From Deltaproteobacteria bacterium (GTDB lineage: Bacteria > Desulfobacterota > Binatia > Binatales > Binataceae), in NCBI GenBank assembly GCA_021801125.1, contig JAJYYI010000131.1:10874-74873 (forward strand): a stretch of 64,000 nucleotides of DNA, read 5' to 3'. Below, piece after piece: positions 13,223 through 23,131 of the stretch. Position 1 is the first letter of the stretch; the number at the start of each line of letters is the position of its first letter. A program made the translations under genes and the position numbers. Under the pieces are notes generated by a model. It saw nothing but the letters and a program-made list of their open reading frames with translations, did not search any database and had not been told where the DNA came from.

Positions 13223-14314
13223 CTACGCGGTGGCAAGGCGCTCTCCCAAAACGGCCGGCGACGGCGGCGCCGTGCCCAGCGCACGGGCAACAACCGCCGG
13301 CGTCTCCATGCACAAATAATGGGTGAGGCCGGGCGCTTTGGCCTGGATATGCGCCGCCAGCGACCGATACAGCCTAAGCCGCATCGGGTAGCAGGCGCGG
13401 TAGCGCCCATCCGGCGACAAAACCTCCTCCCCGACCAGCATCGGGTCGTTCGGGAATCGCCGGCGCGCGATAGCTCGAAGTCCAGGCGTCATCCGCAACC
13501 CACCCACGCTAAGGAACGAGATTTCGCCCGGCGCCAGGGCGTCAAACAACATGCTCAGCAGCTCTCTGTACTCGGTTTCAGCCTGCGGATAGGCAATGAT
13601 GGGATCCAGATGAAACCCCACGCGATAGCCGGCCTCGCGCACTCGGCACGCCGCATCGATCCGCGCTTGCGGCGCGGCCGTGCCGTGCTCCGAGCTGCGG
13701 TAAACGCGGCTGGGCGAGAGTGTCCAGGAGACCAACACGCGTCCCAGCGGGTCCATGCGCAGCAGGTTATCGATTTCGTCCGTTTTGGTCTTAAGCTCCA
13801 GCGTCAACCTTTCATGTCGGCGAAAGAACTCTACCAGATCGACGCTGAGACCGGTTACCCGGTCGAACGCCAATGAGTCGGCGAGTTCGCCCGTGCCGAT
13901 CCGAAAATGGCGGGCTGAATTCGTCCGCAACAGGCGCTCCAACTCCTCGAACGCCTGGGCGTAATTGGCGTAAATCTGCAGACCGGGATTATCGGCCACG
14001 TATTCCTGCAGAAAACAGTAGCTGCAATTCATCGGGCAATTAGACGCCAGCACCAAAACCAGGTAGCCACAGCATGCGAGTCCTGCGCCCGCAGCGGGAC
14101 AGGGGCTAAGGAAGCGTGAGCGGCGATTCATTACCACCAAGCGCCGCTTGCCGGCGACAAACGCGTCATCGACGGGCAGGGGCCGCGCCGCCTGCCGTCC
14201 GTCCATAACGTACGAAACCGGAACCTTCGAATTGAGTCGCGCGACCAGGCGCTGGGCAAGCTCGCTCGAGCGCACCGCATCCTCGATAAACAGTGCGTCG
14301 ATCTCAAAGTTCAT
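13223..14314 (-). CDS. Radical SAM protein, spore-photoproduct-lyase (SplB)-like DNA repair family
   Basis: CPMNCSYC (CxxxCxxC) radical-SAM cluster motif and overall SplB-like length. Preferred start MNFEIDALFIEDAV at 14314. Confidence 0.6.
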   Translation of the reverse strand: MNFEIDALFIEDAVRSSELAQRLVARLNSKVPVSYVMDGRQAARPLPVDDAFVAGKRRLVVMNRRSRFLSPCPAAGAGLACCGYLVLVLASNCPMNCSYCFLQEYVADNPGLQIYANYAQAFEELERLLRTNSARHFRIGTGELADSLAFDRVTGLSVDLVEFFRRHERLTLELKTKTDEIDNLLRMDPLGRVLVSWTLSPSRVYRSSEHGTAAPQARIDAACRVREAGYRVGFHLDPIIAYPQAETEYRELLSMLFDALAPGEISFLSVGGLRMTPGLRAIARRRFPNDPMLVGEEVLSPDGRYRACYPMRLRLYRSLAAHIQAKAPGLTHYLCMETPAVVARALGTAPPSPAVLGERLATA

Positions 14315-14969
14315 CGGCGCCTTCCAAGGAGTCGAATATTTCACTAAACCGCGCGCTAGCCTCGCGCAACGCTCTTACGGCTTCGTCGAGTTCAGCCAGG
14401 GATCCCGCGCGAATTTCTATCGAAAGCTGCCCGGAACTCAAATCTTTGGGCAGACCTACCGTCACGCTTCGCGGTAGACGCAACGCTTCGACCGCGCTTT
14501 GAAGCTTAGCTAAGGCGCGGTTTAGTTCGGGATAGCGCAGAATGCGCAATACGTTGAGCAGCTTGCTGGCCCGTTCAGGCGCGGAACCCACCCCTTTCGC
14601 GATACTCGTAATTTCGCCTCGCTTGAGCACCGATACGGCAGTAGTTCCTTCGCGCAAAGCTATCTCCGCCACCAGTTCGATCACGGCAGCGAGCTGCCCG
14701 GTCCTTAATTTGAGGGCCACGGACAACTCCAGAAGCATCCTGGCGCCCTCGGCACCGAGCTTAAGCCAAGCCTCCACGCTGCGCTCCGGCAAACGGCGTT
14801 GCACGGCGTAGCGACGAATCGCTGCTTCGTGATCAGCCCCATTCTCGCAACCGTCCGCAACCGGCGCGAGCGCGGCGCGCCCGCAATCGCCTTGCTGAAA
14901 GGTCGCAGGAACCGGGCCCGCCATCTCGTGGGTTGAGTCAGCCACCTGCTTCGGCATACCCGCTCGCAT
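14304..14969 (-). CDS. Hypothetical protein (no family recognised)
   Basis: 221-aa Ala/Leu-rich ORF packed between the GT2 and SplB-like genes on the same strand. Coding-like composition. Start uncertain (14969 or 14924). Confidence 0.45.
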   Translation of the reverse strand: MRAGMPKQVADSTHEMAGPVPATFQQGDCGRAALAPVADGCENGADHEAAIRRYAVQRRLPERSVEAWLKLGAEGARMLLELSVALKLRTGQLAAVIELVAEIALREGTTAVSVLKRGEITSIAKGVGSAPERASKLLNVLRILRYPELNRALAKLQSAVEALRLPRSVTVGLPKDLSSGQLSIEIRAGSLAELDEAVRALREASARFSEIFDSLEGADEL

Positions 14970-14975
14970 CGTCCA

Positions 14976-16118
14976 TCACATCAACGATGGAAGCGAGACT
15001 GATTGAAGCTCGTCCACCCGGCATCGGGGATCATTCGCGATCGGAGCCGGCGGCGGCGCGCCGTGCGCCGCGACACGCCGACCGTGCCCGGCGCATCCTG
15101 GCGTGCCAAGGTCGGCCGGTCTCTTCGGCGCCCGGGCGGAATTTGTCGGAGCGGTGAAATTGCTCGCCGCAAGTCCGCAATCGGTGAGCGCGGCCGCCAA
15201 TCGCGCCAGCTCCCTCAGATGGCCTAAACGCCAGGCTTCCTCAGCCAGGGCCGCCGCTTGCACGTACAGTTCGGCTTGCCAGGCGCGGGCGCGACGCGCC
15301 AAACCGCCGGCAAGGATGCGGCATTTTTCGGCCAGCACATCGGCGACCGCCTCGCGTCTGCTCCCCGTCAGCCGCGGGTCTGCCAGCAGTTTCGTCAGGG
15401 TGATGACGCGAAAACGGTCGAGCGCAACCGTCATCGCTGAAAGCTGGTCTGGATGGCCGGCGCGCCGCGTTACCAGCGGCTCGCCCAGCAGACCCGGCTC
15501 GTGCCGCGTGAGGATTCGCAACCAGAGGTCGTAGTCTTCGCAGGCACTGAAGCGCGGGTCGAAGCCTTCAAAAGCAAAAAACAGCTCGCGAGAAATCATT
15601 ACAGCTGACGGGCTTATCAGGCACGTGCGCAGCGAGTCCACGAAGATATCGCCGGCGCGCTTGCGATGGCGCAGGCTGGGATTAATTCGCCGTCCGGCGC
15701 GGATCCACAGCTCCTCGGTCTGGGTGAGCGGATAACGCCGACACGAGCGCATAAAATCGAGCTGACGGCTAAGCTTCAAGGGCGCCCAAAGGTCGTCCGA
15801 ATCGAGAAAGGCGAGGAACTCGCCGTCGGCGAGACTTGCGCCGTGGTTTCTGGCGGCGCCGACTCCGCGACGCGGGATTCTCTCCAGGCGCGCCGAACAC
15901 AAACCATCGGTCGAGCCCCCCGCTGGGTCGTTGCGCCGTCGTGCAAAGGCTTCGTCAAGCAGAGCGCGAGATGCCTCGAACGATCCGTCAGTCGAGCCGT
16001 CGTCCACCACGATCAGCTCGAATCTCACGCCGCGTTGGCCCAAGACCGAAGCGAGCGCCTCGGTAAGCATCCGCCGCCGGTTGAAGCTGGGGACAATTAC
16101 ACTAACGTGGGGCCTCAT
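14976..16118 (-). CDS. Family 2 glycosyltransferase
   Basis: VSVIVPSFNRRRMLTEALASV...VVDDGSTDGS and DSDDLW (DxD) motifs. Start MRPHVSVIV at 16118. Low-complexity C-terminal tail. Confidence 0.8.
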   Translation of the reverse strand: MRPHVSVIVPSFNRRRMLTEALASVLGQRGVRFELIVVDDGSTDGSFEASRALLDEAFARRRNDPAGGSTDGLCSARLERIPRRGVGAARNHGASLADGEFLAFLDSDDLWAPLKLSRQLDFMRSCRRYPLTQTEELWIRAGRRINPSLRHRKRAGDIFVDSLRTCLISPSAVMISRELFFAFEGFDPRFSACEDYDLWLRILTRHEPGLLGEPLVTRRAGHPDQLSAMTVALDRFRVITLTKLLADPRLTGSRREAVADVLAEKCRILAGGLARRARAWQAELYVQAAALAEEAWRLGHLRELARLAAALTDCGLAASNFTAPTNSARAPKRPADLGTPGCAGHGRRVAAHGAPPPAPIANDPRCRVDELQSVSLPSLM

Positions 16119-16262
16119 CGCGCGCTCGCCCTCAGCGAAAGGGGTGCTGCGTCGCACCATGGTCGGGCCAGCCATCGTCGATCGGACATTCGGCGGTCTT
16201 CGTTCATACGAATGGACGGTTTGCGCACATCGCTACGGCTCGTGACAGTCAATGGCCCGCCT

Positions 16263-16874
16263 TCATGCGCTTTTATGGGCCGACCGGACCAGTTCATCGA
16301 CGCGTCGTCGCAACTCGGCGATCCCTTCCTTTTGCAGCGCTGAGCACAGGATTGGATCGTCGGCCAACGCGGCATATTTCTTAAGCGCGGCCGCGCGCTC
16401 ATGGTGAGCAAGCTTATCACATTTGTTCAATGCCAAAATTAAGCTCAACCCGCGCTCGCGCAACAGCGCGGCCAGTTCGAATTCCTGGCTCTCGGGGTCG
16501 CGTCGGGCGTCAACCACGAGCAGCACGCCGATAAGATTCTGCTCGGTGCGCAGATATTCGTAAAGCAACCGCGACAGGGACTGCGCCCCTTCCTTGGACA
16601 GAGCGGCGTAGCCGTACCCAGGGAGGTCGACCAGCGCCAGGTACTCGTTCAAAGCGAAAAAATTGAGCGCTCGCGTACGACCAGGAGTCTTACTGGTGAC
16701 AGCCAGCTTGCCCACCCCGAGCAGCGCGTTAATGAGCGAACTTTTGCCGGCGTTGGAGCGGCCGGCGATCGCGATTTCGAGCAGCTTCCATCGCGGGCGC
16801 TCGCTTAAGCGATGAGCAGACGTGACAAAGCGCGCTCGTGTGGCTGGCCAAAGTTTGGTTGCCCGCTGCTTCAT
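16263..16874 (-). CDS. engB: Ribosome biogenesis GTP-binding protein YihA/EngB
   Basis: IAIAGRSNAGKSSLINAL (G1), DLPGYGY (G3) and NKCDK (G4). Confidence 0.85.
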   Translation of the reverse strand: MKQRATKLWPATRARFVTSAHRLSERPRWKLLEIAIAGRSNAGKSSLINALLGVGKLAVTSKTPGRTRALNFFALNEYLALVDLPGYGYAALSKEGAQSLSRLLYEYLRTEQNLIGVLLVVDARRDPESQEFELAALLRERGLSLILALNKCDKLAHHERAAALKKYAALADDPILCSALQKEGIAELRRRVDELVRSAHKSA

Positions 16875-17069
16875 CGGCTAAAGCGCGGTCCCAAAGCCAG
16901 CTTTGCTGGAACGCTTGGGCAAGGTTCCGGCCTCTCCATAGCCTTCGACGGCAGGCCGGGGTCGGGTTGGGTTGAGTGAGGGATCGATGGCCCCTTGCGG
17001 ACTTCTGGTGCCCAATGTTCAGTGTCCTCACACGCAGCCCGCGCGGCCACGGATGAGTCACGACAACCG

Positions 17070-17735
17070 CTACCGCTGCGGACACTGATGCAACGGGTTG
17101 AAGGCTTTCTCGAGGCGTTCAACAGTCATCTGAATCCTTCTGGTATTCTCGATGGTCTCTCGCGTCAGGGCCTGCTGCTGGTCAGGCGTCAGCTTCGCGC
17201 TGGACGAAAGGTCGATCTGTTCTAGGAGGAACAGCGACGGCATGTCGCTCAACGTCGCGAACCTGACTGGCCAGGTATTAAGCTGCTGCGTACCTTTCAC
17301 CAAGCCGAGCGAGAGCATACTTCGATACGAGAGGACTCGCATGTTCTGGTCTGCCTCCATACGGCCGTTGAACATGAAGGGATTGGCCCACACCGGCACC
17401 AGGAACAGCGGATCGGGCGTTTGAAATCGACACTGCTCCTGCAGAATCATCGCCTCCAGCGCCAGGCTGTCATCAAGCAATGCAGTCGGAGAAACATACG
17501 GAATCTCAACGTCACGGCTGGCATAGTCGAAGCGCGACGGGCTAGGCACGCTAGCGGCAAGGTTGGTGGCCGTGGAAAGGCCGGAGGTTGAGCCATTTGA
17601 CCCGCCACCGGCACCGCCGGCCGACGTGCTAAGAAAGGGAATGGCAGCACATCCAGCGAGGGCCAAGAGGCTCGCGACAACAACTATCGACCTTACAAGA
17701 TTGCTTCCGACACCTGTCATTTGTTCCCTCATCAT
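17070..17735 (-). CDS. Hypothetical lipoprotein
   Basis: Signal peptide with lipobox LLALAGC, then a Gly/Ser-rich linker. No known domain. The ORF extends to 17828; the internal Met cluster at 17735, 17732 or 17720 is the likely start. Confidence 0.55.
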   Translation of the reverse strand: MMREQMTGVGSNLVRSIVVVASLLALAGCAAIPFLSTSAGGAGGGSNGSTSGLSTATNLAASVPSPSRFDYASRDVEIPYVSPTALLDDSLALEAMILQEQCRFQTPDPLFLVPVWANPFMFNGRMEADQNMRVLSYRSMLSLGLVKGTQQLNTWPVRFATLSDMPSLFLLEQIDLSSSAKLTPDQQQALTRETIENTRRIQMTVERLEKAFNPLHQCPQR

Positions 17736-18256
17736 GGTACGGAGGGCCACCGGATTTATCCCCAGATCGCTACGCCTCGGTTGCAGTTTGTTATCGGTAC
17801 CCAGGCAGGCGCGCCACTTTGCGGGCAACTGCCCACCGACCGTAAGCGCCGGTCGGCATTATTCTCGCCGGCGTGGCGAGATCGTGCGGGCGAAGAGCTA
17901 AACGCGACCTAATAGGGTGGCGCCTAGGCTGCCCGCGAGGCGCGCCCTTCCCGTAATCATGTTAGGGCTCACAGCGTTGCCCCGGGAAACCACTCACGCG
18001 GCTCCTAGGGAATCGCGCGGTATTCCCAGGCTTCGCCAGTGCCAACGACAGGGCCTCGACGAAGCACGAGAACCTTCCGTAGCTTTGCCAGCAACAGCGA
18101 ACGGCCACGTCGCGCAACTAAAAATGCCGGCCCTCAGCGAGCGGTCCCGTGAATCCTGGTACGATGGGGCTCAACAGGCTAAGCGACCCTCCACGTTTGC
18201 ATTTCGCGTAGTCTCGTTCGAATCGACTCAGCCAAACGCGCAGGCCGCGGCCACGC

Positions 18257-18808
18257 TCAGCGCTCGAAAATCCCCACGAGCTCGGTCGAAGCGACCTCAT
18301 GTCCCTGGATTAGCCGTTCAAGCTCACTGGCCGACAGTCCGGGCTTGCTTCCCATCACGAAATTCAGCGCGTAAAGTCGAAAGTGATAGTGATGAGGCTT
18401 GCCCGGAGGTGGACAGGGCCCTTTATAGCCAATCTGTCCGGCGCTGTTGAGCCCCTGAGTGCCGACACCAGGCACGAGCTCGGATTTCGCGATCCCCTCG
18501 CCAAGCCCGCTGAGACTGGCGGGAATGTCATAGATAACCCAGTGAACGAACGTTCCCATGGGCGCGTCAGGATCGCTGACGATCATCGCGTAGCCTTGCG
18601 TCGAACTCGGCGCACCGCTCCACTTGAGCGCCGGTGATTTGTTCTCACCGGAGCAGGTGTACGCCGCCGGAATCTTCTCGCCCGAAGCAAAGGCCGCGCT
18701 AGTCAGACTCAAGTGCTCTTGAGCAAACGAAGGACCTTCGCTAACAGAAAGCGCAAGAGCTACGCCAATCACCCGCAGCCAAGTGCTTATGCAGTGTTTG
18801 TTTGTCAC
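18257..18808 (-). CDS. YbhB/YbcL family Raf-kinase-inhibitor-like (PEBP) protein, secreted
   Basis: Signal peptide, DPDAP...GTFVHWVIYDIP and GPCPPPGKPHHYHFRLYAL PEBP signatures. Confidence 0.85.
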   Translation of the reverse strand: MTNKHCISTWLRVIGVALALSVSEGPSFAQEHLSLTSAAFASGEKIPAAYTCSGENKSPALKWSGAPSSTQGYAMIVSDPDAPMGTFVHWVIYDIPASLSGLGEGIAKSELVPGVGTQGLNSAGQIGYKGPCPPPGKPHHYHFRLYALNFVMGSKPGLSASELERLIQGHEVASTELVGIFER

Positions 18809-19071
18809 GGAACTACTCTAAATATTGTTGCACGTTCGGTCGATTGGGCAAAAGATCGGAACCGATTTAGAGGACGCGAGAAGACTTTAACGGGATTAAT
18901 AAGGCTTTAACATTTTTACGCCAAGAGGTGGAAAGCCCTTGACTCGCTTATTATTCTTAGCCAATTATCGTAACCTGAAGCTCGTTCTGGGGCCACGTGA
19001 GAGGATTTTTCAAGCTGTGACCGTTTACCGTGAAGAGATGACGGCGGCTTGCTTCTGAGGAGCTTACGCTA

Positions 19072-19284
19072 ATGGCTGACGGTGACTTCAAAGACACGTA
19101 TCCACACGTGATGACTGTTGGGGAACTCTCCCAGTATCTAAGAGTCCATCCTTCGACGATTTACAAGCTCTTGCGCCGTAAAGAACTCCCGGCTTTCAAA
19201 ATTGGTACGGACTGGCGGTTTAATCGCGCGACAATCGACCGTTGGTGCGAGCAGCGAACCCGTTCATCGGAACGCGAACAATAA
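19072..19284 (+). CDS. Excisionase-family helix-turn-helix DNA-binding protein (HTH_17-like)
   Basis: 70 aa: MTVGELSQYLRVHPSTIYKLLRRKELPAFKIGTDWRFNRATIDRW. GAGGAG RBS 9 nt upstream. Sits in an AT-richer stretch. Confidence 0.75.
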   Translation: MADGDFKDTYPHVMTVGELSQYLRVHPSTIYKLLRRKELPAFKIGTDWRFNRATIDRWCEQRTRSSEREQ

Positions 19285-19315
19285 AGCGGTCGCGTCCACT
19301 GATGCACAACCGATC

Positions 19316-19342
19316 TTTCACCGCGCGGGAAGCGCGGTGAAA
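19316..19342 (+). other. Perfect 11-bp hairpin 30 nt downstream of the HTH gene
   Basis: TTTCACCGCGC-gggaa-GCGCGGTGAAA with no U-tract. Possible rho-independent-like terminator or protein-binding site. Confidence 0.35.
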
Positions 19343-19659
19343 TCAGCGAGAGTGGCGGCGTTGGACTCGGGCTGGCGCGTGGCCGGTCGTTAGGCAGCAT
19401 AGGCTGGGGCTCACTCGAGTCAGTGCATAACCCTTGCGCATGGTTCCCATACCGCGCCAAGACGAACAACGCATAGCGTGAAATTTCGCGGGCTCGCCTC
19501 ACCCGCGGCGTGATTACGCGCCGGACTTCCAACGACGCATCTGAGTGCGCTCCCTTCTCGAATCCGCTCAAAAGGCGCGTAAGACAGCGCCGAGAAGCCC
19601 TACAGACAGGGTTAACGTCGGCGTTCTTCCCTTGGCTCGCCGTTGGTACGCCTGTAATC

Positions 19660-20469
19660 TCAGGACCAGTGCGGACGGTCTGCGAAAAACTCAAGCGGAT
19701 TACGCGGACTTGACCGTAGCCCGCGCTCCATTTCTTCAGCAAGGAAATTCAGCGTGCGACGGGGATCCGGCGCCTCCCACAGCGCTCCCCCGACGATGAG
19801 ATAGTCTGCTCCCGCGCGCACGGCTTGCGCCGGACCTGGCGAATTCGGGTCCAGCACGCCCCCCGGCGCCAGGCTGATACCCGAGGTTACGATTGTGAAG
19901 CGCCGTCCGCATGTGGCGCGCACCGCTGCGGTCTGAGCGAAAGAGGTCAGCACACCATCAAGCGAGGCGTCTGCGGCCTGTCGCGCGAGGCGGCAAACCT
20001 GGCCGCCCAGCGGATCGTCGTTGTCGGCGTGGGCGTGGCCACCGCGGCTCAGGACCGTCATGATCGCCACCGCCAGGATGTACGGTCGGCGCAACCCCTC
20101 GCTGCGGCATACGCGAGCTACTTCGTTACGCACCTTCTCCATCACGTCCGCGCCGCAATGGGGATGCAGATCGAACATCTTGGCGCCTAGGCGTGTGGCC
20201 TCGATTGCGGTTTTGTAGATCGCCCGCGGCTCGTCATGAAACTTCAAGTCGAGGAAGATCTCGTTACCCCGATGCCGCAGCTCTCGGATCAGGTCGGACC
20301 CGCCCTTGAGGAACAGGTGCCTGCCAACGGCGAACATTCCAACCCGGCCGCTCAGTCGGTCCGCGAGCTCAAGGGCTTCCCGTGGTGTTGCGGATTCGAG
20401 TGAAACTATTAGCCGATCCCGCAAGGGCGCGGATCGCAAAATGTTTGAAAAGGGCCAGAACTGATTCAC
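19660..20469 (-). CDS. pyrF: Orotidine 5'-phosphate decarboxylase
   Basis: FLDLKFHDEP motif and overall 269-aa PyrF architecture. Likely GTG start. Confidence 0.85.
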   Translation of the reverse strand: MNQFWPFSNILRSAPLRDRLIVSLESATPREALELADRLSGRVGMFAVGRHLFLKGGSDLIRELRHRGNEIFLDLKFHDEPRAIYKTAIEATRLGAKMFDLHPHCGADVMEKVRNEVARVCRSEGLRRPYILAVAIMTVLSRGGHAHADNDDPLGGQVCRLARQAADASLDGVLTSFAQTAAVRATCGRRFTIVTSGISLAPGGVLDPNSPGPAQAVRAGADYLIVGGALWEAPDPRRTLNFLAEEMERGLRSSPRNPLEFFADRPHWS

Positions 20470-20569
20470 GCCTGGCTTTTCGACGCCAAAGCTACGTCGC
20501 TTTCACCTGATTTGATTTTTGCCGTGGTGGTTTGACGGATGAACCGCCTATGCATGCGCCCCTTTTGCA

Positions 20570-20599
20570 ACATTACTCGCCGCCGTGAAATGCTGTCAA
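20570..20599 (-). promoter_or_regulatory. Candidate sigma70-type promoter for pyrF
   Basis: Minus-strand TTGACA-18nt-TAATGT about 100 nt upstream of the pyrF start. Confidence 0.3.
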
Positions 20600-20715
20600 G
20601 CAAGCGGACATTTGCGGCACAGAGCTCCAATATGCGTGGCCTGCGCGCACGCACTCAGTAACGGCAATAGGCGCCGCACTTCTGCCGAGGGCTGCGCGGC
20701 GTCCGCCAGGGTCGG

Positions 20716-21999
20716 TCAGCGCCGAAACGGCAGCGACTTGCCAAGCTCAAGTCCCAGCGCGTAGCGGCGTATCCAGTCAAGACCCACCTGGGAGGCGAGG
20801 AGTTTGATCCACTGGCGGTCGCCGTACATCTGGTAACGCCTGGCAAAAGTCAGCTCGGGCGCGGCCAAGGCTACCCATACCGTGCCGACCGGCTTTTCCG
20901 GAGTCCCGCCGTTCGGGCCGGCAATACCGGAGGTTGCCAAGGCCAAGTCCGCGCCTGCCGCTTTGCGCGCTCCCTGAGCCATCTCTTTCACGCACTGCTC
21001 GCTCACCGCCCCGTGCTGCTCCAGGGTACTGACCGCTACGTTCAGGGTCTGGATCTTCGCGGCGTTCGAATAGGTCACAAAATCCGCCTTCAGATAGCGC
21101 GAGCTGCCGGGCACGTTGGTCAACCGATGGCCGATCAGGCCTCCAGTGCACGACTCCGCCACGGCCAAGGTGAGGCCACGGCGCGATAAAAGCTCACCCA
21201 CGACCGCCTCCATCGAGGTGTCACCTTCCCCGTACACGAACTCGCCGAGCCGCTCGCGCACGCGCGCGGCCAAGGCCTCGAGCTTTTGCGCGGCGCTCGC
21301 GGGATCGCCCTGCACGGTGATCCGCACGGAAATTTCGGGAAAGCTCGCGCGAAAGGAGAGCCGCGCTTGCTCGGCGCTGATCACCTGGCCGACGGCCTCA
21401 TCTAGGGCTGACTCGGTGATGCCGAAGGTTTGGAAGGTGCGCGTGAGATAGACCTCACCGCTACCGCGGTTGGCCCTAAGCCACGGCAGGACACTCTCCT
21501 GCATCATCGGCTTCATCTCCCGCGGAACCCCAGGCAGGACGATCAGATGCACGCTGCGCCCCTCATGCGTGAGCGGCAACCTGAAACCTGGCGCAGTCCC
21601 AATCGGATTCGATATGATCTCCGCGCCCTCGGGAAACATCGCCTGCTTTAGATTGTTCTCCGGCATACGGCGCCCGCGGCCGGCAAACAGCGCACGGATA
21701 TGGTCGGCCACCGCCTGAGACAACATTAACTTCCTGCCGGCGAGCCGCGCTATGGTTTCGGTCGTCAGGTCGTCGACGGTCGGACCCAGGCCGCCGGTCG
21801 AGATCACCACGTCGCCGATCGCCATTGCCTGGCGCCAGGCCCACTCCAGGCGCTCAGGCACGTCTCCGACAGCGAGCACCGCGACCAGCTCGACGCCGAT
21901 TTGGGTCAGTTGGTCAGCCAGATAGTTTGCGTTAGTATCAACGATTCGCCCGGTGGTCAGCTCGTCTCCGGTTGAAATAACGGCTGCGCGTTGGATCAT
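20716..21999 (-). CDS. cinA: Competence/damage-inducible protein CinA (MoCF-binding plus CinA C-terminal domain)
   Basis: N-terminus AVISTGDELTTGRIVDTNANYLA and C-terminal CinA domain (AVAESCTGGLIG). Confidence 0.85.
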   Translation of the reverse strand: MIQRAAVISTGDELTTGRIVDTNANYLADQLTQIGVELVAVLAVGDVPERLEWAWRQAMAIGDVVISTGGLGPTVDDLTTETIARLAGRKLMLSQAVADHIRALFAGRGRRMPENNLKQAMFPEGAEIISNPIGTAPGFRLPLTHEGRSVHLIVLPGVPREMKPMMQESVLPWLRANRGSGEVYLTRTFQTFGITESALDEAVGQVISAEQARLSFRASFPEISVRITVQGDPASAAQKLEALAARVRERLGEFVYGEGDTSMEAVVGELLSRRGLTLAVAESCTGGLIGHRLTNVPGSSRYLKADFVTYSNAAKIQTLNVAVSTLEQHGAVSEQCVKEMAQGARKAAGADLALATSGIAGPNGGTPEKPVGTVWVALAAPELTFARRYQMYGDRQWIKLLASQVGLDWIRRYALGLELGKSLPFRR

Positions 22000-22306
22000 C
22001 GGCCTAGCGAAGCCTCCCGCAAGTCACTTGCCCGATTCAGTTTGCCCAGACCCTGATGGCCGGCTTTCTCAACAAAGGCCGCCGCCTCGCGCCGATTCGC
22101 CATGCCATGCGAAGTCCGCCTGAGACCGGCGCTCCAAGTGATCGACGGCTGACGCGGGCAAAAGGATGAACCGCCCGCACAAAAGAGATCGCGACGCTGA
22201 ATTCCCCTTGCCGGCCGTGGCGTCGCCGCGCCCTTGCCGGCTTTTGATCGTCATCTTCTCGAGCGCCATAACGGCCGCCGGATCGTCGCAAATCGATCAG
22301 ACGTGG

Positions 22307-23131
22307 TCACACCAGCCGCTCCGGCGGCGTTGGCGAGAACACGATCAACTCGACCGACGTGACTCCCTCGACCTCGCTCGCAACCTGAATTGCCAATTCG
22401 TCCCAGGGCGGCGTTAAACACTCACCGCTCAAGCTCACCGCGCCGCAGCGCGCGCTTACCTCAATCGGGGCGTTGCCGAACCGAGGATGGGCCAGGAGCG
22501 CGGAACGCACCAAGGCTGCAAGGGCGTGATCATTGATTAATTCGCGCGCGGCCGCGTCGGCGCCGCGGTCGCAAGCCTCGATACAACCCGCGAGCATCGT
22601 GACGAGCCGCGAAAATGGTAGAGCCGCAGTATTTATCACTAGATGGTAGAGGCTTGCGTCGTCCGGATCTTTTCCCAACAGCGCGTGAATGCGCGCGCGC
22701 TCCTCGCGGTCGGAGTTGATCACGCGGCGCTCTGCCGTCGCGCCGTCAACGTTCTCTTCCAGCGCCACCTGCGCGACACGCTGCGCCAGCGGCGCTATGG
22801 CGCGCACGCGCAGCGCGTGATGCGCTTGCTGGGGGACCATAAGCGAGAACGACTTTCCCACCATCACCACACGGTCCTTGGCCATCTCCACCAACGCCAC
22901 GGCGCGCATATGGGCGTACAGCCGCTCCATATCCGTTTTCAGCCGCTCCCAGAAGTGCAGGTGGCGCTCGTCGATTATGCGCAACTCGCGAGCGGGCACG
23001 TCGTAGCGACTGGCGGTCTGCGCAATGATGTCTTCGCCTACGAGAAAGCGGTAATTCAGATGGTCGGCAAGCAATCGACCGAGCTCCCGGCCCCGGCTCC
23101 CAATCTGCTGGTTGATGGCGATTACGGCCAT
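22307..23131 (-). CDS. Cytidylate-kinase-like family protein with C-terminal BON domain
   Basis: N-terminal P-loop-less CMK-like fold (VIAINQQIGSRGRELGRLLADHLN) and C-terminal BON-like segment (VSARCGAVSLSGEC...VEGVTSVE). Confidence 0.55.
   Translation of the reverse strand: MAVIAINQQIGSRGRELGRLLADHLNYRFLVGEDIIAQTASRYDVPARELRIIDERHLHFWERLKTDMERLYAHMRAVALVEMAKDRVVMVGKSFSLMVPQQAHHALRVRAIAPLAQRVAQVALEENVDGATAERRVINSDREERARIHALLGKDPDDASLYHLVINTAALPFSRLVTMLAGCIEACDRGADAAARELINDHALAALVRSALLAHPRFGNAPIEVSARCGAVSLSGECLTPPWDELAIQVASEVEGVTSVELIVFSPTPPERLV

Noticed and set aside
18200-18240. GTTCGAATC-like motif suggesting a tRNA T-loop
   Set aside because: Flanking sequence gives a 4-bp stem with an 11-nt loop and no acceptor, D or anticodon arms. 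Not a tRNA.
17917-18450. 177-aa plus-strand ORF
   Set aside because: Overlaps the PEBP gene antisense and has Arg/Ala-rich composition. The real intergenic region 17829-18256 shows no recognisable RNA gene.
19161-19742. 193-aa minus-strand ORF
   Set aside because: Antisense to the well-supported HTH gene and spans its downstream hairpin. Low-complexity product.
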